Both the position numbers and the translations under genes were made by a program. The notes under the pieces were generated by a model. The model did no database searches and was not told the origin of the DNA. It was given only the letters and a program-made list of their open reading frames with translations. Source: Cenococcum geophilum (Eukaryota). Taken from it: 64,000 bases of DNA. Below, one piece after another: positions 38,658 through 49,933 of the stretch (its first letter is position 1; each line of letters begins with the position of its first letter). The stretch lies in contig CP158636.1 in assembly GCA_050273025.1 (NCBI GenBank), positions 7,998,001-8,062,000 on the forward strand. Reading direction: 5' to 3'.

Positions 38658-39335
38658 AGACCCGCAGTGCGATTGAGGACGTTGCGGATATCCATTCGGA
38701 ACCGTCGCGCCCGCTCTATAGTACAACCTCTCTGAGTTCGAGTTTCCGGCACCTAATACGGTAGCGGCTGTTCTAGTATCTTATTTAACCTTCTACCTCT
38801 CCGTCCTATAGGTTTTTGTAGCGGTATACTATAGGTTTACTTAAATATCCGTGACTTGGTAGTTGGCACACGATAAGGTTTTAGTAGGTATTTATATACT
38901 ATAATATAGACGCTATATGTCCGCCAGGCTATAATAGGTTCTTTAGGGTGGCTATTATAGATCTATATAGGTTTTATATATATTAGCTAGCGTTTAATAA
39001 AGTTATATATGGTCACAGAATTGCTAATAACGCTTTTTTTTTTTAACGAAAATGATCATAAGACCTGAAAATACCTAAGTAATAAAAATAATATATTCTA
39101 AAAGCCTAGGTTCTGTTATATAATCGATCAACTTTGGGAAATAATATAAAATATTGGTGTTGAGTTATTCTAATATCCGCAACCTCCGCAACGCGGATAT
39201 CCGTGGATTTACTAAGAACCGTCGCGGAACACGCTCAGACGTGATACTGGTGGTGCATCACAAACGTAGTTAGTCAGCTTGCGGACCGATTGAAAATCCG
39301 CACCAACAGAATCACGTCTGAGCTTGCTGAGGTAA

Positions 39336-39547
39336 AACTTGACACGCAATTAACCAACTTAACACGCAATTGACCAACTTAACATGCAATTTAACCAACT
39401 TGATACGCAATTAACTAACTTAACATGCAATTTAACTAACTTAATACGCAATTGACCAACTTAACATGCAATTTAATTAACTTAATACGCAATTAACCAA
39501 CTTGACATGCAATTTAACTAACTTAATACGCAATTGACTAACTTAAC
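39336..39547 (+). repeat. Tandem array of 21/22-bp units, consensus AACTTGACA(C/T)GCAATT(T)(G/A)ACC
   Basis: About 10 copies, largely alternating between 21 and 22 bp, partly RIP-mutated. Confidence 0.95.
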
Positions 39548-39646
39548 AACTTTAAAAGCTAACTGTATATTCCTTGACATGCAATTAAGGTAAAGTTATA
39601 TGCTAATTACGCAATCTTATATAATCTTACATAGTCTTATTACTTA

Positions 39647-39987
39647 GAGGCTCTGCACAAGGCTCTGCACGAAGCTCTACACGAAGCTCTACACGAAGCT
39701 CTACGTACAGAGGCTCTGCACGAGGCTCTGCGCGAGGCTCTGCGCGAGGCTCTGCGTACGGAGGCTCTGCACGAAGCTCTGCACGAAGCTCTGCACGAGG
39801 CTCTGCGCGAAGCTCTGCGTACGGAGGCTCTACACGAAGCTCTGCACGAGGCTCTGCGCGAAGCTCTGCATACGGAGGCTCTACACGAAGCTCTACACGA
39901 AGCTCTATACGAAGCTCTACGTACAGAGGCTCTGCACAAGGCTCTGCGCGAAGCTCTGCGTACGGAGGCTCTACACGAAGCTCTGCA
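39647..39987 (+). repeat. Second 12/15-bp CTGCACGAAGCT / CTGCGTACGGAGGCT array
   Basis: Same units and orientation as 38199-38657. Confidence 0.97.
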
Positions 39988-40117
39988 TCGGGTCCCCGCT
40001 ATATTCACGATAGCGTCTACACGTGTCTCTGCCTATGTAGCCGCCTTATTTTTTACCCTTCCTTCCTTCCTTACATCCTCCCTACCTAGGGAGGCACTAG
40101 AACGGCAGCCAGCAGAG

Positions 40118-40360
40118 GACCGTTGCTAGAACTAGATGACTATCGCTAGAACCAGACGACCGTCGCCAGAACCAGACGACCGTTACCAGAACCAGACGAC
40201 CGTCGCCAGAGCCAGACGACCGTCGCTAGAGCCAGACGACCGTCTCCAGAGTCAGACGACTGTCGCCAAAACCAGACGACCGTCGCCAGAGCCAGACGAC
40301 CGTCGCCAGAACCAGACGACCGTCGCTAGAACCAGACGACCGTCGCCAGAACCAGACGAC
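40118..40360 (+). repeat. Tandem array of 21-bp CGTCGCCAGAACCAGACGACC
   Basis: About 11-12 copies directly visible. Confidence 0.97.
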
Positions 40361-40418
40361 AACGACTAGCCAGCGAACACTATAAACGATTCGATCAATT
40401 GATCGAATCAAGGTAGCA

Positions 40419-40719
40419 CAGACAGGTAGGCACAAACAGGGATGCTGACGGGTAGGCAGATGCAGACAGGTAGGCAGATACAGACAGGTAAGCAGATGCA
40501 GACAGGCAAGCAGATGCAGACAGGTAGGCAGATGCTGACGGGTAGGCAGATATGGACAGGTAGGCAGATGCAAACAGGTAGGCGATGCAGACAGGTAGGT
40601 AATGCAGACAGGTAGGCAATGTAGATAGGTAGGCAATGCAGACAGGTAGGCAATGCAGATAGGTAGGCAATGCAGACAGGTAGGTAATGTAGACAGGTAG
40701 GCGATGCAGGCAGGTAGGT
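40419..40719 (+). repeat. Tandem array of 17/18-bp GCAGACAGGTAGGCA(G)AT
   Basis: Directly visible; 18-bp units on the left and 17-bp units on the right. Confidence 0.95.
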
Positions 40720-43173
40720 AAGTTAATAGGTAGATAGGTAGAAGAGAACTATCGCTATATTATATTAAATTATCTAAAATAATATTATTTATTTTGCTAG
40801 CCTTATAAATAGCTTTAAAATAGCTTTTATTTATTTAAAATATGCTATTAGTATAAAAGAGGTAAATATAATTGTGGTTGCCAAATGCGCAGGCTGCGCG
40901 CAGGCTGCGTGTCAAAAAAACACGACATAGGCTAGTCGGTCGAGTTGCCAAATGACCTCAACTGCGCGCCAATTGCGTCAACCACCAACCATTAAGGCCA
41001 TTGAAAGGGTACCATATTTTGCCGATGTAGAAGTATTATAGAGTAGGACAATGCTAATAATTAAGCACTGCTTTAATAACTATAGGATATAAAAAGGAAA
41101 AGATTAAGATATTATTAATTAAGAGGTTTATAGGAGAAAAGTATAAGCTTAAAGGATTCCTTATATAGATATAATTAAAGATTTGGTATAAAGAAAGCAA
41201 GCTTATAGATATAAGTAATTAAGTAGCGTACGTGGGACTATTCTTAATAGGTTGGGTATTAAAGTGGTTTAAACACTATCTTATGGAAATATAAGCTAAT
41301 AGGTTAGCTACTACTAATTTAGAAGTATAGTATATATTTTTAAGCTAGAAACAATTTACTAATAGACTTATATAAATATATAGAGATTTAGAATTAATAG
41401 CAATGGCTAAAGGGAAGCTATATTAACTTACGTAAAGGGGATTAGTAATAGACTATATGACGTAGTTTTAGATACTAGTAGTATAGACTAAGTAGAACTA
41501 AGGGGCGTTAATAGCACAGTATAGAAGAGGACTAAAGGCTGAAGTTTAAGCTACTATAATACTAATAGATAATTTAAGTAATATAAGAGAATTAATTGAA
41601 TAAGCTATTAAAGTAGACAACTGGCTATATTAAAGTAATAAATTTAGCAGAATATAGTAAGGACCAATATATATAAGGAAGACACAGTAATAAGTGTTTA
41701 AACTATAGTATAGCGCAGAGCTAATAGACCTAAGCGGTACTAAAGAGTTAAAAAGATAAGATAGGAGACTATAGAAACCTAAAGGTTAAGGATTAAAGGA
41801 TTAGAGGATTAAGAAGTAGAGGCTAAACTAGGGATCTTAATAGTAGAAGACGTTTAGGCGGACTCTATAGTAAGAAAAGTGGTTTAAAGATAGAGCTTAT
41901 ATAAACTGCAGAAAGAAATATTATTTTACTAAAAACTATAGAGATAGTTAAAGTAACTACGCGGTAAAGGGAACTAAACTAGTAAATAATATACACGTAT
42001 AGAGAAATAATAATATGCTATAAGGAACAAAAGAATATTCAATTAAAAGTTTTACGTTTTGCTATAATAATATATACTAAGTTTATAAAGACGCTAAGTA
42101 TAGCGTAAGCTATTAGCTATAAGAACCTAAGTTAAAAGAACTCTAGGGCATAATAGAGTTAGATAAAGACTATAATTAACTCTATAAACTAGATTAGGAC
42201 TATGACGGTATATTTAGCTAGTAGTTAGCGAAGAAAGTTTTTATATACTAGTTTTACTAAATAGTAATAGAATCTAAGGATTAAGATAATTAGACTATTA
42301 GTAGCGACAATAAGGTAATAAGGGTGGCTTACTAGGAGTACGTAGATCTTAAAGATATAATAATAGAGGTAGAGGTTATATCCACTATAAAGGAAGGATT
42401 AGTAATGGGGATTACGACTTTATTAGACACGATGTCTATTACTTTATCAGATATAAGAGAAGTAGGATAGTAAGCTACTTTAGCACTTAATAAAGGTAAA
42501 AGGCTATATGTTTAAGATTCCAAAGAAAGGATAAAAACTATTTAAGATTCTTAAGATAAGATAAGAGATACTTAAGAACCTATAATAGACGAAAACCGAT
42601 AGGAAAGAGCAGTAGCTTAGTTTAAAGATAAATAAATAAGTATAGGATAAATATTTCTAGGTAACTAAGATTTTAATAAACAAATAAGGATACCCATAGT
42701 AGGTAAATAAAGTATTTAGCCTTAGAGTTAAACTGTTAATACTAGAATTATAAAATTTAAGGATTTAGATAATCTAATAGCTAGATATAAACTAGGAGAA
42801 AACTAAATATAATTTAAAAATTAGATTAAAGTATGGTAAAAACAAAGAGATTACTTAGGACTATAAATGCTAGGTAAACCTAAGAATAGAGTATTTATAC
42901 GGAAAATTACTAATAGGCCTAAACTAGGTACGCTAAGAGTAAAATAGCTTAAAGAACTAGAAGAAGAAGAGAATTTAGGAATTTTAACTAGATTTAAAGA
43001 ACGGTATACTAAAGGTTATAATAATGTAGTAATAACAAGATACTTCCTTATAGATAGGTTATATACGCTTATAGAGTTATACTAAAAGTAGTATAAATAG
43101 TAATATAATAATAAGTAAAAAGACTTCTATATATAACTAAATAAAAGAGTTATTTAAGACTAAGTAATTACTA

Positions 43174-43784
43174 ACGTATGTGATAGGGTTATGAAGGTGA
43201 CCCTAGTTATAACCGATTTGAAAATCAAAATTTACCAAAATACTGATTTGGTGGTAAATAATTAGTAAAAGCTATTATAAATTATCGCATCATCCTTCCT
43301 GCGAATCCTTTAGTAAGCAGCTTCTTCTACTGCCTTCTTATCGGTCTCCTAAAGTTGCATAATAAAAGCTGTAGCTATAGCTGTAGCGGCGGCTGCGGAG
43401 GACTCTTCCGCCCGCTTTTGGAACGGTTAATTGTTTCCATGCCTTAATATACGCTAGGTAGACTCTAGGATACGTTATATAGGCCGCAAAATACGCACCT
43501 GTGCTTGCGCGTACGCTAGTTTAAAACTTCCTAGGCTTTTGCATAAGCTTCGGCGCCTTTATAAAGATTTTTTTTCGCTAGGCCGTTAAAGCTGCTTATA
43601 GACGATCTTTGCATCTAGAGCACTCGGCCAGCAAGGCATGGCTTTAAGTTCTGTGCAAGGAAGTAAGGAGAAAAGTCGATGTGTTGATGTTCAAAGCGGC
43701 AGTATATTTAGCTACCCTAAATGAGAAGGCGGTAATGTAAATCGGTCATAACTAGGGTCACCTTCATAACCCCATCACATACGT
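43174..43784 (-). mobile_element. Fot1/pogo-like non-autonomous DNA transposon, 611 bp
   Basis: ~45-bp TIRs ACGTATGTGAT(A/G)GGGTTATGAAGGTGACCCTAGTTAT(A/G)ACCGATT with TA TSD (43172-43173, 43785-43786). Only a short minus-strand coding-like relic remains inside. Confidence 0.88.
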
Positions 43785-46700
43785 TAAAAGATATTAATTA
43801 TAATGTTTAGAAATTTGGAAAAAAGATTATAGAACTAGAAAAGTGTAATTATTATAAACCTTATATTAGCAGTAGTACGACTACTAAGAAGAGATATAAA
43901 TGGGTTAGTTAAGATAGTATAGGAGGCGCTAGAACCGATTAAGCTATAGAATAAGGGGTAGCTAAATTATATAGCTAGTTACGTTATAAGTTTAGAATAT
44001 AGGAATATAGGAACGTGAAAACGGTAGGACGTACTAACGTACTAACGTATTAACATACTTAGTATATTTCTTAGGCGCAGTATTATATATTTAAAGGACC
44101 ACAGTCCCTACTTAGATAGTTCTTTTTTTTAATAATAAATCTTAGAATATAATTAGAGTTAATCTGTTAGGTAACTACTCCACTAGTTATATTATTGTTA
44201 TTAACTATTTTATACCTATATACCTAGCCTATTAATAAGTCTACCGTAGTATTTCCTATAAGGCTTTATTATATATTTACTACTAAGGTTACGGTAAAAG
44301 AATTTAAATAATATACTACTTAAAGCAGCAGTTATAACGCCATTAATAGTAGCAACTATATTAAGATTAGGTAACGACACTAGTATAGCGGATACTAACT
44401 TATAACTAATTACGGTAAAACAGTTATAGGAAATAGTTAATTAATTAACAGACAATAACTGGATACTTAAGGAAAGAATTAATAGAATTAGAGCAGTAAA
44501 GATTAAGCTACTATCTATTAAACGATTCTTAGGAGAAAAGTTAAAGCTTAAGGGATTCCTTACGTAAATGCACTTTAAGGTCACGCAAGAAGGAGCAAAA
44601 TTAGTAATACCTATGGATTAGGTAGCGTACGCAGGATTATTTCTAATAGAAAGAGTACTTAAGTAGTTTAAACCCTACCTTATAGAAGTATAAGAAAACG
44701 GTATAGCAACTAGTAATTAAAAAGTATAATATATATTTGCTAGTTAGAATAGGTTTATAAAATGCCTAACCTAAATATTTAGGGATCTAGAAGTAATAAC
44801 TATAGTGGAAAGAAAGCTTTAGGACCTAACTTAATAGACTTTAGTAATTAATTATATAATATAGTTTTAAACGCTAGCTATATAGGTTAAATGGAATAAT
44901 AAGGCGCTTATGGCATAGTATAAGTAAGGACTTAAAGTAAAAGTCTAGGATGTAATTATCCTAATAGAAGATGCGGATACCCTTAAAGAATTAATTAATT
45001 AAGTAATTAAGATTAATAATAGGATCTACTAAAAGGAATAGGCTAAGAGGGGTTAAGATAGAGTTCTATAGTTATATAAGGCGTAAAAGACGTAATAACA
45101 ATAATAAACCTAGAAACTATAGTATGGCGTAAAGCTAATAGACCTAAGTAGTACTAAAGAATTTAGGAGATAAAATAAGAAACTATAGAAACCTAGAGGT
45201 TAAGGATTAAGTAATTTATATAAACTATAGAAAATAAGGTTATTTTGCTAGAGACTATAGAAGTAGTTAGAGTTATTACGTAGTAAAGGGAACGAGACTA
45301 GTAGATAATATATATATATAGAGAGATGATAATATGCTATAAGGAACAAAAGAGTGTTTAATTAATAGTTTTACGTTTTATTATAATAACGTATACTAAG
45401 TTTATAAGGACACTAAGTATAGAGCAAGCTATTAGCTATAAGAGCCTAAGTTAAGAGGACTTTAGGGTATAAGAGAGTTAGATAAAGAATAAGATTAACT
45501 CTATAAACTAGATTAGAACGAAGACGGTATATATAGCTAGCAGTTAGCGAAGAAAGTTCTCGCGCACTAGTTTTACTAAGTAATAGAATCTAAGGATTAA
45601 AATAATTAAACTATTAGTAACAATTATAAAAGTAAATAGGTAACTAACTAGGAGTATATAAAGCTTAGATACATAATAGAGGTAGAGGATAATTCTACTA
45701 CAGAATAGAGAACATTAGTAGGAATTAGGACTCTACTAGATATAATATCTATCGCTTTACAAGACGTAAGAGAAGTAGGATAATAAGCTATTTCGGCACT
45801 TAATAAAGGCAAAAGGCTAAAGGTATAAGATTCTTAGGAAGAGATAAGTAAGATTTAAAACTTTAATAAATAGATAAGAATACAATCTAGCTATCTATAA
45901 GGATAGATTAGAGCAGGAAATATAGTATAAGACTCTTAAAGTAAGATAAGCGAGATTTAAGACTCTTAAGATAAGATAAGAATACTACTAAAGCCTAATT
46001 AGACTAAGGTAGGAGCGTAGCTTAAAAAAGAAGTAAGCTTGGAACTAAGAAAATGATAGAACTAAGACTCTAATGTTAGGATAAGGACTATTAATGAAAT
46101 TATAAGTAAGACTTAGCAGTAGGATTAAAAGGTTAATACCTTAGTTAGAAAGTATAAAGACTTTAATCTATTAGTAAGAAGAAAGCTAAATAAAAGTAAT
46201 AAAGAGTTTAGGAAAAGAATCTTTATATAATAAAAAGAGATACTAAAAGCAATGGACTATTTAAGAAAGAGATTACCTATATAAAGGGTTATAAATAGGC
46301 CTAAGATAAGCACGCTAAGAGTAAAATGGCTAACTAAACTAAAAGAAGAAGAGGATCTTAGGATCTTAATTAGATTTAAAGAATAATATATAAAGGGCTA
46401 TTATAATATAGTAATAAGAAGATACTTTCTTATAGATAGACTGTATACACTTAGGGAGCTGTACTAAAAGTAGTATAGGTAGCGATATAATAATAAGTAG
46501 GAAGACTTTTACATATAGTTAGATAAATAAGTAGTTTAAGATTAACTAATTACGGAAAAAGGCATAAATTATATTAAGGGAGCCTTAATTATAATATTAA
46601 AGGATCTAAAAGAATAATTAGAGGATTAGAGAAGTAAATAATGTATTTTAGTACTAGCAAATAAAACAGCAGTATTTATATTAGTGCGGTAAAGGTTTAA

Positions 46701-49700
46701 ACTTAAGGATAAAGATAAGCTAAGAGTTAACCTAAAGCACCTAGCATACTATATATTGGTATAGATTGTATATATAAATAATATATATAATATATATAAG
46801 AATCCAAAAAAATTAGAAGTACCCTATAAGAATATATTAGCCACTAAATAAGCAAAAATATAGGAATGCTAAGTATATATATAGATAGCATCTAATAGAA
46901 GTCTAGAAGTTAGGAAGCTTAATACTTTAATAAAAAAAATTTCTTACAGAAAAATACTTAGATAATAGTGGTAGGAATACCTAAAAAAATACGTATCTAT
47001 AGTATGTTAAGGATAAAAAGCGAACTAGGTATTGGCTAAAGAGTAAGCTAAGTATAATAGGATTAAGTAGCTAATAGTTAGAAAAAGTAGAGGCCTATAG
47101 GACTAAAGGGAGCTAGTAGTAAAGCCTTAAACCCTTAAAGAAATTTAAGAATAATACCTAAATTTATAAATTAATTAGTAAGATTAGTAGTTTAAAGTAT
47201 TAATAGATAGTAAAGCAACTAGAAATTATATCTTATTAATAATAGTAAAGTAAATAGGACTACCTTATAGATAAAAGGAGCACCTATATCTATTAATTAT
47301 AATTTTAGAAGATCTAATAGCCTATAGAGGAGGTATTATTAATCTTAAAATAGAACTTATTTAGATAACTATTAAAGGAAGATAAGTTAAGATATCTTTT
47401 AATATCCTACTATTAGGACGGAATAAGGTAGTATTAGGAATACCTTAGTTATAGGAATATAATTTAAGGATTAATTAGGTTATAGGTTAGGTTAATATTA
47501 AAAATACTTAATAACGTAGAATGTAATAATAGACTAAGTTAGTATAGTACTAAGTTAGAGTAATATATAAGGAAACTAAGTAAGGCTTAAGTTATATACT
47601 AAAGAGATACTATAAATATAGCAAAAGGCTATAGAGCCTAGAAAGTAAAAAGCTATTAAAGTATATAGTATAGGACTATAAGATAGAGTTAGAACTAGGA
47701 ACTAGTCTAAGGTTCTTTTTAATCTATAAGCTAACTAAAGAAGAGTTAAGAGCACTTAAAGAGTTTATTTAAGAGAACCTATAAAAGGGATATATTAGAC
47801 TATTATAGTAATTAGCGGGATATCTAGTACTATTTGTACTAAAGGGGAACGGAAAGCTTAGGCTATATATTAACTATAAATAGTTAAATAGTATTACTAG
47901 AAAGGATAGGTATTCTTTACCCTTAATTAGTAAAATCTAGAATTAGATAGGCAACGCGTAAATCTTTATAAAGATAGATCTAAAATAGGTGTACTACTAG
48001 ATTAGAATTAAGGAAGGAAACAAATAAAAGGCAGCCTTTAGATTAAAGGAAGGACTATATAAATTATTAGTTATATAATTTAGACTTATAAATATATTAG
48101 TAATATTTTAGAAGCGAATTAATAACGTGTTAGAAGAATACCTTAATAAGTTTATTATAGTATATCTTAATAATATTATTATCTACTTAATAAGCGAAGA
48201 AGAATATAGAGAATACATTAAATAGGTTTTAAAGAGACTATAAGAAGAATAGATGCTAGTAGTAATTAAGAAATATAAGTTCTTTACTAAGAAGACAGAT
48301 TTTATTGGATTTATTATTAAACTAGGTTATATTAGTATAGACCTAAAGAAAATTAAAGCTATAGTAAGTTAGTAAGAACTAGAAAATGTAATATAGTTAA
48401 GGTTATTTTTAGGGTTTTGTAACTACTATAAAAGGTTTATAATATAATAGTTAAAGAATATTAAACTATTTATAAGACTTATAAAAAAAAGAGGAACTAT
48501 AGATATAGAAAGAAGAGTAAAAAAAAACGATTTAAAGAACTAAAGAAACCATTTACTTAAAACCCAATCCTTAAATTTTATTAACTAGGACTAGAGATAG
48601 TTATAGAAATAAATATATTAGACTTTATACTAGGAGTATACTTGCTATAAAAGTATAGAAATGCATAGCACCTAGTGGTATACTATAGTAGGAAAATAAC
48701 ACTACTAGAACTAAACTATGACATTTATAATAAGGAGTTATTAGGTATAGTTATAGCACTTAAGGAATAGAGAGCATTTTTATAAGGTATAGAAAAACTA
48801 TTTATAGTTAAGATGGATTATAAGAACTTAATAGGGTTCCTAATAATAAAAGAACTTAATTAAAGATAGGATAGATAGGTAGAGATGCTTATAGGATACT
48901 ATTTTAAAATTTAGTATACTAAGGGTACTAAAATGCAAGAACTAACGCGCTAAGTAGAAAAGCTAAACTATAAAATAATAAGAAACTATTAGGGGTAATA
49001 CTACGCAGAGATAAGGATGGATTAATTAGATATAATTACCTAAAACTAGTAGTAATGCAAGAGTATAAGCTACTAGAAAGTAATTAGACTATAAGAATCT
49101 AAGAGGCGTAAACTAAGGATATAGACTTAGAGTAGTATAAAAATTAAGAAGCAATATATATGCCTAAATTAATCGTAAAGGATTTTATTAAGGATTTTTA
49201 TAGGGGAATAATATAGGGATATAATGGAGCCTAAGGACTAGTATTAAGAATCTAAGAGGAGTATATTATTAACGGAATCTAGGGCTTAGTAAAAGAAGTT
49301 ATAAAGGAGTATTTAAATTACTAAAGGAATAAACTAATGAGGTATAAGCCGTATAGAAAGCTGCAGCCTATTAAAGTACTAGAACGTCTATAGGAGATAA
49401 TATTATAACGGAACCTTATAGCAAGAACTATAGTGGGTCCTGTTAATGGGCTAGGTGTATAGGTAATATAAGGAAGTTAACAACATAATAATAACTAGTA
49501 GAGTAGTTGCCTAATAGATTAACTCTAATTATATTCTAAGAATTACTATAAGGAAGGAACTATCTAGGTAGGGACTAAGGGTCCTTAAATACATAACCAT
49601 ACTCCTATAAAATTCTTCTTATATATAATATACGCGTACTCTATCTACTCTATTACGGATTATATAGATTATACAGATTATATAGATCATATTACGTAAC

Positions 49701-49933
49701 TTAGTTACTATTCCTTATTATATAGCTTAACCAGATCTATCTTAGACCGTACTCTTATTAACTAACTAGCTTCTTTTAACTCTTCTCTAAGTAGTTATAA
49801 TATAGTACTTAAAGCGTCCGTAACACTATCTCCCTCCTTTTTATCTTCGTCCTTAAAGATCTCTAACATCTCTAAGTTATTTACTAGAGGTGTAATATCC
49901 ATCTAATTAATTTAGTTAATATCGTTGCTTATT

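Larger units (their letters stand above)
37768..41027. mobile_element. 3260-bp unclassified TIR element with 3-bp TSD, filled with tandem arrays
   Basis: Termini CATCGGGAAAATAT / ATATTTTGCCGATG (13/14 inverted match) with TSD TAG (37765-37767, 41028-41030). Removal rejoins the gag frame of D. Confidence 0.78.
36191..43849 (+). mobile_element. Ty3/Gypsy element D (A/B-related): 5' LTR 36191-36614 plus gag region, interrupted by three DNA elements and then by E; remainder not in window
   Basis: LTR is the reverse-complement homologue of the A LTR and is followed by the TTTACTAC primer site. Gag relic is collinear with E at 36640-36674, 37671-37767, 41028-43173 and 43785-43849. Confidence 0.82.

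Noticed and set aside
38189..40720. Arrays as CRISPR-like loci, or the Cys/Arg-rich and PTCLHL ORFs as real proteins
   Set aside because: Units are head-to-tail with no unique spacers, the context is eukaryotic with no cas genes, and the ORFs are stop-free translations of minisatellites.
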